Shown: positions 54,142 to 64,000 of the stretch, piece by piece | How the letters are laid out: each line of letters starts with the position of its first letter | Numbering within the stretch: the stretch's first letter is position 1 | NCBI GenBank assembly: GCA_036395755.1 | Contig: DASWCZ010000056.1 | Location: forward strand, 12,074-76,073 | DNA from: Thermoanaerobaculia bacterium | GTDB lineage: Bacteria > Acidobacteriota > Thermoanaerobaculia > UBA5066 > Gp7-AA6 | Direction of reading: 5' to 3' | Length of the DNA stretch: 64,000 bases | Program-made: the position numbers and the translations under genes | The notes under the pieces: generated by a model | The model's input: the letters and a program-made list of their open reading frames with translations, nothing else | Databases searched by the model: none | Told to the model about the DNA's origin: nothing

Positions 54142-55223
54142 ACGAGCTCGCGCTCGCCGGGCAGTGGTTCCGGGGTCGAGCGACGCTGCCGCGGTACCTG
54201 ATCCTGGGGATGACAAACCTCTGCAACTCGAAGTGCGTGACCTGCTTCTACTGGGACCACTTAAACGTCAACCGCCACCTCGAGATGTCGCTCGAGGACT
54301 ACGGGCGCGCTCTCGAAGACCTGCCGTCGCTCTACAGCGTCGTTCTGACCGGGGGCGAGCCCACGTTGAACCGCGACCTGCCGGGGGTGACCCGGCTGCT
54401 CTATCGCCGCCACGACGCCTCGAACGTCACGATGCCGACGAACTCGCTCCTGCCGGAGCAGGTCGAGGCGATCGTCGCCCAGGCGCTCGAGTCCCGGAAG
54501 GACGAACGGCAGACGTACACGGTGGGACTGTCGCTCGATCACCTCGGGGAGCGCCACGACGAGATCCGGGGCGCGCCCGGGAACTTCCCCAAAGTCGCGG
54601 AGACCTACCGCCGGCTCGCGGCTCTGAAAAGGCGCCGGCGCGGCCTCCTCGTCAACGTGCAGACCGTGCTCGCCTCGTTCAACCGGGACGACCTGCCGGA
54701 GATCACGTCCTGGATCGAGGCGAACTTCCCCGAGATCGACTTCCATTCCTTCGAACTCCTTCGGCCGCCGTTTCCGGACTCTTCCATCCGACCCCTGACC
54801 GCGGAGGAGTACGCGCAGGCTCTCGCGACGCTGAAGCCGTACTGGGCGCGCTTCGATCGCTACCGGCCGATCCTCCGCAACCTGAAGGTGGCGGCGCGCG
54901 AGGCCGAGCTCGAAACGCTCGAGCAGGAACGCATGGTCTACAAGTGCTACGCCGGGACGGTCTCGGGAGTCCTGAATCCGGAGGGGACGGTCTCGCTCTG
55001 CGAGGTGCAGTGGGAGATCGGGAACATCCGCGACTTCGGCTGGTCGTTCCGCAAGGCGTGGTTCTCGGAGAAGGCGAACGAGCTCCGCCGCCGCGTGGCG
55101 CGGCGCGAGTGCTGGTGCACCCATTCGTGCTTCATGTCGTCGAGCCTGCCGTTTTCGGTCAAGGGATTGGCGAAGATGGCGACGACGGCGCTGCTACCGA
55201 CGCACCGAGCCGCCGAGACTTAG
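54138..55223 (+). CDS. radical SAM protein with C-terminal Cys-rich (SPASM/twitch-like) region
   Basis: MTNLCNSKCVTCFYW (CxxxCxxC), GGEPTL, and C-terminal cysteines CYAG...LCEV...CWCTHSC. TTG at 54138 overlaps the GT2 stop as TTGA. Confidence 0.8.
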   Translation: MNELALAGQWFRGRATLPRYLILGMTNLCNSKCVTCFYWDHLNVNRHLEMSLEDYGRALEDLPSLYSVVLTGGEPTLNRDLPGVTRLLYRRHDASNVTMPTNSLLPEQVEAIVAQALESRKDERQTYTVGLSLDHLGERHDEIRGAPGNFPKVAETYRRLAALKRRRRGLLVNVQTVLASFNRDDLPEITSWIEANFPEIDFHSFELLRPPFPDSSIRPLTAEEYAQALATLKPYWARFDRYRPILRNLKVAAREAELETLEQERMVYKCYAGTVSGVLNPEGTVSLCEVQWEIGNIRDFGWSFRKAWFSEKANELRRRVARRECWCTHSCFMSSSLPFSVKGLAKMATTALLPTHRAAET

Positions 55224-55290
55224 CGGAGCCACCATGGGATGCTGCGTAACGGCCGCTTGCTCTCTCCCGGCGCCGTCGAGGCGCCGATAA

Positions 55291-55318
55291 AAAGGGCCGG
55301 AATCTCTCCCGGCCCTTT
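55291..55318. terminator. bidirectional intrinsic terminator between convergent genes
   Basis: Perfect 10-bp stem aaagggccgg / ccggcccttt with an 8-nt loop. On the minus strand the stem is followed by TTTTTAT, so it would terminate the BON gene transcript. Confidence 0.75.
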
Positions 55319-55375
55319 CCTGGACGTGCCGGCTTTCGCCGGCGGTTTCGGAGAACCTCGCGGTCCTCCAGACCG

Positions 55376-56008
55376 TCAGTACCCCTTCTTCTCCGCTTTC
55401 TTCTCCGCCTTTTCGCTCATAGTGAGCTTGCTCTGGACGTCCTTGACGCCCGAGGTCTCCTTCGCGAGCTTGATGGCCTGGTCGATCTCGGCCTGGCTCT
55501 TCATGTGCTCGCTCGTCAGATAGACCACGCCGTTGCGGGTATCGACGTCGATCTTCAGGCCGCCGACGGTCGGATCGGCCAGCAGTTTCGCCTTGACCGC
55601 CGCGGTGATCGCGGCGTCATCCATCACCTGGCCCATCGGACGGTTGGGCTCCGGGTTGGGGGCGTTGCCGCCGACCAGTGCGCCCTCGCCACCCGCGGGT
55701 GGATTCCCAGCGGGCGGGTTCGCGGCTGCCGCGGTCTTCAGCGTGATGTTGTCCACGACGTCGGCGACTCCTTCCGTGCCGCGCGCCAGCGCGACCGCCT
55801 GATCCTTGGCGGCCTGGCTGTCTACGTTGCCCGAAAGCGTGACGACCTTGTCCTTGGTGTCGACGTCGATCTGATAGGCCTTCACGGTGTCATCCGCCGC
55901 GAGCTTCGACTTGACCTTGCCCGTGATTCCCGCGTCGGTTTGCGCGCATGCCACAGCAAACGCCGCCGCCGCGAGAATCGCCAGAAGGGTAGAGATCCGT
56001 TTCGTCAT
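55376..56008 (-). CDS. BON-domain lipoprotein (OsmY-like, two BON domains)
   Basis: Lipoprotein signal MTKRISTLLAILAAAAFAVACAQ. There are two repeats of the BON pattern (IDVDTKDKVVTLSGNV...; IDVDTRNGVVYLTSEH...) separated by a Pro/Asn/Gly linker. Confidence 0.88.
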   Translation of the reverse strand: MTKRISTLLAILAAAAFAVACAQTDAGITGKVKSKLAADDTVKAYQIDVDTKDKVVTLSGNVDSQAAKDQAVALARGTEGVADVVDNITLKTAAAANPPAGNPPAGGEGALVGGNAPNPEPNRPMGQVMDDAAITAAVKAKLLADPTVGGLKIDVDTRNGVVYLTSEHMKSQAEIDQAIKLAKETSGVKDVQSKLTMSEKAEKKAEKKGY

Positions 56009-56142
56009 GAATTTCCTCCTTGCATGAGGCCAAATGGCCGCGTGAAGGTGAACTGCATCTTTCGTGCCGGTGGACGGCCAGTCGAAGGGGGTTGGAAATC
56101 ATTCAAACGATTGGGCTATTCTGCTCTCTGGATGAGCAACGG

Positions 56143-57842
<1,700 letters not shown>

Positions 57843-57843
<1 letters not shown>

Positions 57844-59060
57844 TGAGCAGCAGAGAAACTCCGTTCGCCCCGATCGAGCAGGCGGTCGAGGAGCTCAAAG
57901 CCGGGCGGTTCGTTGTCGTCGTGGACGACGAGGACCGGGAGAACGAGGGGGATCTCGTCCTCGCGGCGGAGAAAGTCACCCCCGAGGCCATCAACTTCAT
58001 GGCGCGCGAGGGCCGGGGCCTCATCTGCCTCGCGCTCACGGAGGAGCGCTGCGATGCGCTCGAGCTGCCTCCCATGGTCGGGGAGAACACGTCCAACTTC
58101 GGAACGGCGTTCACGGTCTCGATCGAGGCGCGGGGACAGGTCACGACCGGCATTTCCGCGGCCGATCGGGCCGCCACCGTGAAGACGGCCATCGACCCGG
58201 CGACCCGCCCCTCCGACCTCGCGCGGCCGGGACACATGTTTCCGCTGAGAGCGCAGGCGGGCGGGGTGTTGAAGCGCGCCGGGCAGACCGAAGCGTCGGT
58301 CGATCTCGCGCGGATCGCGGGCCTCGACCCCTCCGCTGTGATCTGCGAGGTGATGAACGAGGACGGGACCATGGCACGGGTGCCGGACCTCGCGAAGTTC
58401 TGCGAGAAGCACGGCCTCGTCCTGGTCACGGTCGCGGACCTGATCCGCCACCGTATGAAGACCGAGCGTCTCGTGCAGCGGATCGCCGCGCCGCACCTGC
58501 CGACGCGGTTCGGCGACTTCCGCCTCGCCGCGTATCGGAGCGACGTGACGCACGAGGAGCACATCGCGCTCGTTCACGGGGAAATCCTCGAGGACGAGCC
58601 GGTTCTGGTGCGGGTGCACTCGCAATGCCTGACGGGCGACGTCTTCGGATCGACGCGCTGCGACTGCGGCGCGCAACTCTCGCTCGCGATGGAGAAAATC
58701 ATCGAGGCGGGGAAAGGCGTCTTCCTGTACCTCTTGCAGGAGGGTCGTGGGATCGGTCTCATCAACAAGTTGAAGGCCTACGAGCTGCAGGACGAGGGAC
58801 ACGACACCGTCTCGGCCAACGAGAAGCTCGGGTTTCCTCCGGACATCCGCAACTACGGCGTCGGGTGCCAGATCCTGCGCGACCTCGGCGTCCGAAAGAT
58901 GCGGCTCATGACGAACAATCCATCCAAGTACGTGGCGATCGGCGGCTACGGTCTCGAGATCGTCGAGCGGGTCCCGCTCGAGGTGCGTCCGACAGCCGGA
59001 TCGCGGCGCTACCTCGAGGCGAAGAAGAACAAGATGGGGCACCTCCTGAAAATGGTTTAG
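57843..59060 (+). CDS. ribBA: bifunctional 3,4-dihydroxy-2-butanone-4-phosphate synthase / GTP cyclohydrolase II
   Basis: [12 protein letters not shown] (RibB) and [18 protein letters not shown] (RibA zinc site). There is a 1-nt TGATG overlap with the mutase gene. Confidence 0.95.
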
Positions 59061-59130
59061 CAGCCTCGCCCCCGGCCGCTTCCCCTCCCATAGCTGATAG
59101 TTTCCATCCTCGCATCCGAGAGGAGGAAGC

Positions 59131-59970
59131 ATGTCCAAGCTCTTCGAGGTCGTCCCGCCCTTCCAGCCGGGGCGCCGGTTTTTCCGTCTGATCGTCGTTG
59201 CCGTCGTCCTGATCGCTCTTCTCGCTGGGAACCCGATCAAAGTCATTCCGGCCGGCCACGTGGGCGTGAAGGATTTCTTCGGTAGCGTCTCGCCGAACGT
59301 GCTGCCGCCCGGCGTGCGGTTCGTGTTTCCGTTCACGCGGGTCGTCAAGATGTCGATCCAGACCCAGGAGGTCAAGGAGACGGCCGAGGTGCCGTCGAAG
59401 GAAGGGCTGACCATGGAGCTCGAGGGCTCGCTCCTCTTCCGTCTCGATCCCGACAAGGCTGCCGAGATTTACCGCAAGGTCGGCCAGGACTACCAGGAAA
59501 TCGCAGTCCATCCCCAGATTCGCTCGGCGATCCGGGAGGTCACCGCCTCCTACGAGGCGAAAGTCCTGTACTCGGCGGAGCGCGAGCGGATCGCCAAGGA
59601 GACCCTGGAGCTCTTCCGCAAGCTGGCCGGCGACAGAGGGATCATCGCCGAGGCCGTCCTGTTGAGGAAGATTGGCCTGCCCCCCATCGTCGCGAACGCG
59701 ATCCAGGAAAAGCTGCGGCGCGAGCAGGAGGCCGAGCAGATGAAGTTCGTGCTCCAGAAGGAGCAGCAGGAGGCGGAGCGCAAGCGGATCGAGGCGCAGG
59801 GAATCGCGGACTTCCAGCGGATCGTCGCCGCGGGGATCAGTCCGGCCTTGCTCGAGTGGAAAGGCATCGAAGCGACCGAGAAGCTCGCGATGAGCCAGAA
59901 CTCGAAGGTCGTCGTGATCGGCAGCGGCAAGAACGGTCTGCCGCTGATCTTGGGCGGCGAAGGGAAGTGA
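59131..59970 (+). CDS. SPFH/band-7 (prohibitin-family) membrane protein
   Basis: N-terminal TM helix, then a VIPAGHVGVKDFFG...LEGSLLFRL...IRSAIREV pattern and a coiled-coil QEKLRREQEAEQ. GAGGAGGAAGC lies upstream of the ATG. Confidence 0.88.
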   Translation: MSKLFEVVPPFQPGRRFFRLIVVAVVLIALLAGNPIKVIPAGHVGVKDFFGSVSPNVLPPGVRFVFPFTRVVKMSIQTQEVKETAEVPSKEGLTMELEGSLLFRLDPDKAAEIYRKVGQDYQEIAVHPQIRSAIREVTASYEAKVLYSAERERIAKETLELFRKLAGDRGIIAEAVLLRKIGLPPIVANAIQEKLRREQEAEQMKFVLQKEQQEAERKRIEAQGIADFQRIVAAGISPALLEWKGIEATEKLAMSQNSKVVVIGSGKNGLPLILGGEGK

Positions 59971-59988
59971 CCGCGCGAAGCGCGGTCA
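59968..59988 (+). terminator. 9-bp stem / 3-nt loop hairpin overlapping the SPFH stop codon (weak terminator candidate)
   Basis: tgaccgcgc-gaa-gcgcggtca is perfectly paired, but no U-tract follows. Confidence 0.3.
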
Positions 59989-60031
59989 TCCCGAGCGAAG
60001 CGAGGGATCCCTCGAACCTGCGGTTCTCGGG

Positions 60032-60643
60032 ATGACGGCAAGCTGCCTCGAGCCGGTCGTCCTGGAAGGCGAGTACGTCCGGCTCGAGCCGCTCTCTTTT
60101 TCCCACCTCAACGCCCTCTCGGAGGTCGCGCTCGACCCGGAGCTCTGGCGCTGGACGAGCGAGCGCGCGGACTCGGCGGAAGAGCTGCGCGCTTATGTCG
60201 AGAGGGCGCTCGAGGGACAGCGATCCGGCTCGGCACTGCCGTTCGCGACGATCGCCCGTTCGATCGGGAAGCCGATCGGCAGCACGCGCTTCGCCAACGT
60301 GGATCTCCCGAACGGACGCCTCGAGATCGGGTGGACCTGGCTCGGGCGCGACTGGCAACGCACGGCGGCGAACACCGAGGCGAAGTACCTCATGATGAAA
60401 CACGCTTTCGAGACGCTCGGCGTCCGGCGCGTAGAGTTCAAGACCGACGCATTGAACGAGCGCTCCCGCGCGGCCATCCGGCGGATCGGTGCCCGGGAGG
60501 AAGGGATCCTGCGCAAACACGGGGTGACCATGAGCGGCCGCGTGCGCGACACGGTCTATTACAGCGTCATCGACGACGAATGGCCGGTCGTCCGCCGGCG
60601 TCTCGAGGAACGGTTGGCGATCGGTCCCCGTACCATTTCTTGA
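60032..60643 (+). CDS. GNAT-family N-acetyltransferase (RimJ/RimL-like)
   Basis: LEPLSFSHL...IGWTWLGRDWQRTAANTEAKYLMMKHAFETLGVRRVEFKTDALNERSRAAIRRIGAREEGILRKH. Confidence 0.88.
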   Translation: MTASCLEPVVLEGEYVRLEPLSFSHLNALSEVALDPELWRWTSERADSAEELRAYVERALEGQRSGSALPFATIARSIGKPIGSTRFANVDLPNGRLEIGWTWLGRDWQRTAANTEAKYLMMKHAFETLGVRRVEFKTDALNERSRAAIRRIGAREEGILRKHGVTMSGRVRDTVYYSVIDDEWPVVRRRLEERLAIGPRTIS

Positions 60644-61313
60644 GAGTCTCCGGCGATACGCCGGCGAAGTAACCGGCGATCACCCTCCAGTTTCGGAGAA
60701 CCTGCCGTGCTCGACCGTGCTCGATGTACCGGCGGGGCGACGTGACCGTCTTCTCCGGTCGGACGACGAAGCGTCCCGCCCTTCTCAGGCGTACGACGAG
60801 ATCGAGGTCGTCACAGATCGGCAGGTCGCGGAAGCCGCCGACCCTCTCGTAGATTTCGCGGCGGCAGAAAATTCCCTGGTCGCCGAAGGGGAGCTTTGCG
60901 AGGCGGGACCGGCGGTTCGCCCACCACGCGATCCAGCGCATCACGAGACCGGCCCGGTCGTAAGCGAGCGAGAAGGCCCCCGCGTTCGCGCCCTCCGCCA
61001 CGGTTCGAGCGATCAGAGCGAGTGCGTCCTCCGGAGGCCGCGAGTCGGCGTGCAGGAAGAAGAGGATCTCGCCGCGCGCCTGTCCGGCGGCCCGGGCGAG
61101 GGCAGCGCCGCGGACGCCCGGCAGCGACAGAACCCGCGCGCCGTTCTCGCGAAGCGCTTCCCCGGTCTCTTTCGGGGCACCAGTGTCGGCGACGAGGAGC
61201 TCCGCGTCCGCCGAACGGGAGAATCGGGAGAAGAAAGCCGCGACCTCCGGACTTTCGTTCTGGATCGGGACGATGACGGAGATCACGGTTCGCGGCGGGC
61301 TCGATGCTAGCAT
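60567..61313 (-). CDS. GT2 glycosyltransferase (TIGR04283-like)
   Basis: ISVIVPIQNES, FLHADS and LPFGDQGIFCRREIYERVGGF. ATG at 61313 (MLASSPP). The 3' end overlaps the convergent GNAT gene by 77 nt. Confidence 0.78.
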   Translation of the reverse strand: MLASSPPRTVISVIVPIQNESPEVAAFFSRFSRSADAELLVADTGAPKETGEALRENGARVLSLPGVRGAALARAAGQARGEILFFLHADSRPPEDALALIARTVAEGANAGAFSLAYDRAGLVMRWIAWWANRRSRLAKLPFGDQGIFCRREIYERVGGFRDLPICDDLDLVVRLRRAGRFVVRPEKTVTSPRRYIEHGRARQVLRNWRVIAGYFAGVSPETLKKWYGDRSPTVPRDAGGRPAIRRR

Positions 61314-61320
61314 CGCGACG

Positions 61321-61911
61321 GTGAAGCTCCCGATGCCCGCGGCCGTTCTCGCCGGTGGCGCCTCGAAGCGGATGGGCCGGCCCAAAGGGGCGCTTCCATG
61401 GGGCGCCTCGACCCTCCTCGAGTTTCAGACCACGCGCCTCTCGACGCTCTTCTCCGAAGTTTTCGTCGTCGTGAAGGAGAAGCCGGCGTTCCCCGTCGGC
61501 CCGGCGCGCGTCCTTCTGGACGGCTCTCCGGAGTTCGCCGCGATCCACGGACTTCTGCGGGCGCTCGAGGAGGCCTCGGATCGGATCTTTATCCTGGCGG
61601 TGGATCTGCCGGGACTGACCCACGACCTCGTGCGCGAGATCGCGGACCGCGGGCTCGCGACGGTGGCGCCCGCGCTCATTCCCGAGGCGGGTGGGCGGTT
61701 GCAACCGCTCGCCGCGGTCTGGCGGCGTTCCGCGGCCCGTTTCGCGAAGGGCCGCATCGGCCGGGACATGCTTTCTCTGGGCGCGCTCGCCGACGAGGTG
61801 GCCGCGGAGATCTTCCCGGAGAAGGAATGGCGCCATCTCGACCCGAGCGGCGTCGCCTTCGCGAACCTGAACACATTCGCCGACTTTGCCGCGCACCGGG
61901 AGCGCGCCTGA
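61321..61911 (+). CDS. mobA: molybdenum cofactor guanylyltransferase
   Basis: AAVLAGGASKRMGRPKG and ILAVDLP. The start is GTG 61321 or ATG 61333. Confidence 0.85.
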   Translation: MKLPMPAAVLAGGASKRMGRPKGALPWGASTLLEFQTTRLSTLFSEVFVVVKEKPAFPVGPARVLLDGSPEFAAIHGLLRALEEASDRIFILAVDLPGLTHDLVREIADRGLATVAPALIPEAGGRLQPLAAVWRRSAARFAKGRIGRDMLSLGALADEVAAEIFPEKEWRHLDPSGVAFANLNTFADFAAHRERA

Positions 61912-62390
61912 AGGGCAAAAAACCGCTTCACGTTGACGCGCGCGGGCGGGCGCGGATGGTCGACGTCGGCGGAAAGGCCAGGACGCGGCGGCGCGCGATC
62001 GCGCGCGGGCGGGTGCGGATGGGGAGAGAGGCGTTCGAAGCGCTCGCGACCGGCCGGCTATCGAAGGGGGACGCCCTCGCCGTGGCCAGGCTCGCCGGAA
62101 TCCTTGCGGCGAAGAAGACGCCCGAGCTCGTTCCGCTGGCGCATCCGATCGGCCTCGAATCGGTCGGCGTCGAGTGCGAGCTCGACGCCCGGGCGCACGA
62201 AGTGGTCGTGACGGCGGAGGTCTCGGCGTCCGCCCGAACAGGGGTCGAGATGGAAGCGCTCACGGCCGTCGCCGGATCGTGCCTTGCGCTCTACGACATG
62301 GCGAAGTCGCTCGACCGCGGAATCGAGATTCGCGAGATCGTGCTGCTGGAAAAGACCGGCGGCCGGTCCGGTCCCTACCGGCGCGGCTGA
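61908..62390 (+). CDS. moaC: cyclic pyranopterin monophosphate synthase; start codon uncertain
   Basis: MVDVGGK...GDALAVARLAGILAAKKTPELVPLAHP...TGVEMEALTAVAGSCLALYDM. The conserved N-terminal PLHVD...G.A.MVDV segment lies upstream of the ATG at 61956. A CTG at 61908 overlaps the mobA stop as CTGA. Confidence 0.85.
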   Translation: MKGKKPLHVDARGRARMVDVGGKARTRRRAIARGRVRMGREAFEALATGRLSKGDALAVARLAGILAAKKTPELVPLAHPIGLESVGVECELDARAHEVVVTAEVSASARTGVEMEALTAVAGSCLALYDMAKSLDRGIEIREIVLLEKTGGRSGPYRRG

Positions 62391-62731
62391 GTCGCCGGCG
62401 AGGATTCCGCGGTCACGTTTCTCTCGGGAGGCGGATAGAGGTACGTGCGGCTCGGCGGGGAAACGGTCGCGCTCCTCGTCGGCGGCGGAATCTGCGCGGT
62501 CGGGGCTGCCCTGTTTGCGGGCGCGGTCGGCGTGAGGGCGGCAGCCGCCGGCGAAGTCTGCCGCCCGGGCGCCCTCTCCGCCTCGCGCGATAAGGCTCTC
62601 CCGATCGAAGAAGAACGCACCAGGCCGAGAATCGCGAACGCGAGGACGGCGACGAAGATCGCGACGGCCGCGTAATACGCCCGGACGGGACGGCGAGGCT
62701 CCGGATCGATCATCACTCGCCGGGAATGCAA
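62375..62731 (-). CDS. hypothetical single-pass membrane protein
   Basis: The ORF has a clear TM helix (YYAAVAIFVAVLAFAILGLV) and a Pro/Ala/Thr-rich tail. Third-position GC bias looks coding, and it fills an otherwise ~400-nt gap. No family recognised. Confidence 0.4.
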   Translation of the reverse strand: MHSRRVMIDPEPRRPVRAYYAAVAIFVAVLAFAILGLVRSSSIGRALSREAERAPGRQTSPAAAALTPTAPANRAAPTAQIPPPTRSATVSPPSRTYLYPPPERNVTAESSPATQPRR

Positions 62732-62806
62732 ACGGGCGACCAGAAAAACGGTTCGACGTTCAACGTTCGAGGTCCGGGGAAGCCGCGGCTATAGTAGCCA
62801 GAGAGC

Positions 62807-63334
62807 ATGGGATCACCAATCCGGGTCGCGATCGTCACCGTCTCCGACGGCGTCGCCGCCGGAGAGAGGGATGATCGAGGGGGACCGGCGTGCGAGCAGG
62901 CTTTGCGCGACTCGGCGGTCGAGCACGTCGTCGTCTCGCGCGAGGCGATTCCAGACGAGCGCGACCGGATCGCCGAGACCGTGCGGGTCCGCGCGGATGA
63001 AGGCGGGACGGACCTGATCGTCCTGACCGGAGGAACCGGTGTCTCCCCGCGGGATCGGACGCCCGAGGCGGTCCGAAGCGTCCTCGACATCGAAGCGCCG
63101 GGCCTCGCGGAAAAGATGCGCGCCGACACGGGAAGGGATTTCGCCGCGGCCTACCTCTCGCGCCAGGTCGCCGGGGTGCGTGGGCGCACTCTCGTCCTGG
63201 CGTTGCCCGGATCGCCGAAGGGTGCCGCCGACTGTCTTCACGCGGTGGCGCCGCTCCTGCCGCACGCCCTCGGCCTCGTCCGCGGCGAGCGGCCGGAGCA
63301 TCCCCGGCCCGGCGCCGGAACCGGACGCCCTTGA
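62807..63334 (+). CDS. mog: MogA/MoaB-family molybdopterin adenylyltransferase
   Basis: VAIVTVSDG, LIVLTGGTGVSPRDRTPEA and LPGSPKG. Confidence 0.88.
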   Translation: MGSPIRVAIVTVSDGVAAGERDDRGGPACEQALRDSAVEHVVVSREAIPDERDRIAETVRVRADEGGTDLIVLTGGTGVSPRDRTPEAVRSVLDIEAPGLAEKMRADTGRDFAAAYLSRQVAGVRGRTLVLALPGSPKGAADCLHAVAPLLPHALGLVRGERPEHPRPGAGTGRP

Positions 63335-64000
63335 CAGACCGCGATCCCGGGACGGTCCTCGGCATCGATGCGCTGCTTTCCGATCCGGAAGCGATCGCCG
63401 GAAAGCGGCTCGGCCTGGTCACCAACCCTTCCGGCCTGACGTCGGACGGAACGCCCTCCTGGAAGGCGCTCTCCGATCTTCCGGAAGCGCGGCTCGCGCG
63501 GCTCTTCGGCCCGGAGCACGGCGTGGATGGGGGGGCCGTCTACATGGAGGGCGTCTCGTCCTCAACTCATCGCGAGACGGGGCTTCCGGTCGTCTCGCTC
63601 TACGGGTCGACGCTCGCGAGCCTGAAGCCCAGAAGGGAGGATCTCGCCGACCTCGACACGCTCGTCTTCGACGTGCCCGACGTCGGAAGCCGGTACTACA
63701 CCTTCCACTGGACGATGCTGCTCGCGATGGAGGCGTGCGCCGAGCTCGGGAAGCGGTTCGTCGTCTGCGACCGGCCGAACCCGATCGGAGGAGCGGTCGA
63801 AGGCGCGCCGCAGGATCCGGAATTCCTCTCTTTCGTCGGCCTGCACCCGATCGCGGTCAAGCACGGCATGACTTCGGGGGAGCTCGCGCGGCTTCTCGCC
63901 TCCGAGCGCGGGCTCGATCTCGATCTGGTCGTGTGCCCGATGCGCGGCTGGGGGCGCGACACCGCGTACGCGGAGACCGGCTTGCCGTGGATCCCGCCGT
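63331..64000 (+). CDS. DUF1343 domain protein (YzbB/NamZ-like exo-muramidase family), 3' end outside the window
   Basis: TTG at 63331 overlaps the mog stop as TTGA. The frame stays open to the window end: MTDRDPGTVLGIDALL...KRLGLVTNPSGLT...LFGPEHG...FDVPDVGSRYYTF...RPNPIGG. Confidence 0.8.
   Translation, partial: MTDRDPGTVLGIDALLSDPEAIAGKRLGLVTNPSGLTSDGTPSWKALSDLPEARLARLFGPEHGVDGGAVYMEGVSSSTHRETGLPVVSLYGSTLASLKPRREDLADLDTLVFDVPDVGSRYYTFHWTMLLAMEACAELGKRFVVCDRPNPIGGAVEGAPQDPEFLSFVGLHPIAVKHGMTSGELARLLASERGLDLDLVVCPMRGWGRDTAYAETGLPWIPP

Noticed and set aside
56009-56142. Possible cobalamin riboswitch upstream of the B12-dependent mutase gene (contains gtgccggtgga and ggccagtc).
   Set aside because: I could not find the conserved B12-box or the paired-element layout. 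The region is short and must also hold the divergent BON-gene promoter. A covariance-model scan would settle it.
62732-62806. Direct repeat acgttc-aacgttc upstream of mog, as a possible molybdate-responsive (ModE-like) operator or Moco riboswitch.
   Set aside because: It does not match the operator pattern I remember. The 75-nt region is too short for a Moco riboswitch, and there is no supporting second copy in the window.

Overview
High-GC, very gene-dense bacterial chromosomal window from a diderm organism (outer-membrane beta-barrel, TonB-C and BON lipoprotein genes present). I found no rRNA, tRNA, CRISPR array, transposase, integrase or prophage block. About 55 protein genes are packed into long operons, and many junctions are 4-nt start/stop overlaps (ATGA, GTGA, TTGA).

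Gene order:
- 1-6831: glycogen/maltodextrin cluster (glgB partial, GH57, alpha-glucan phosphorylase, malQ).
- 6843-10567: a small ORF, an outer-membrane beta-barrel protein and a membrane Ser/Thr kinase.
- 10653-29397 and 32013-36187: a very large envelope-glycosylation region. It holds a UbiA-type polyprenyl-phosphate phosphoribosyltransferase, two Dpm1-like GT2 enzymes, a eukaryotic-type UDP-galactopyranose mutase, a GT4, three methyltransferases, a DegT aminotransferase and an FdtA-like cupin. It also holds at least five GT-C-like integral membrane proteins, including two DUF2298 ('YYY') paralogues and a TIGR03663-like protein. Three consecutive genes end in NHL beta-propellers.
- 29421-31989: a LigD split into three coupled genes (PE, ligase, polymerase), with no Ku, sits between the two glycosylation blocks.
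- 36188-39632: a hotdog-fold protein, a radical SAM protein and a secreted tail-fibre-like protein with an S74 chaperone domain.
- 39734-46497: a minus-strand operon of 2-oxoacid dehydrogenase E2, a GT-C protein, lipB, lipA, two TonB-C proteins and DUF72.
- 46707-55223: thrA-thrB-thrC coupled to an unknown 571-aa protein, then a GT2 and a radical SAM/SPASM pair.
- 55376-64000: a BON lipoprotein, a split-type acyl-CoA mutase catalytic subunit coupled to ribBA, SPFH, GNAT and GT2 genes, mobA-moaC, mog, and a partial DUF1343 gene.

Most notable findings:
- The GT-C/DUF2298/TIGR03663/NHL glycosylation supercluster has no recognisable acceptor, flippase or polymerase.
- Several conserved genes, most clearly thrA and one GT-C gene, have conserved N-termini that lie upstream of any in-frame ATG, GTG or TTG. 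This suggests ATH or CTG initiation.

Many long Arg/Pro/Gly-rich ORFs in the six-frame track are GC artefacts and were not called.
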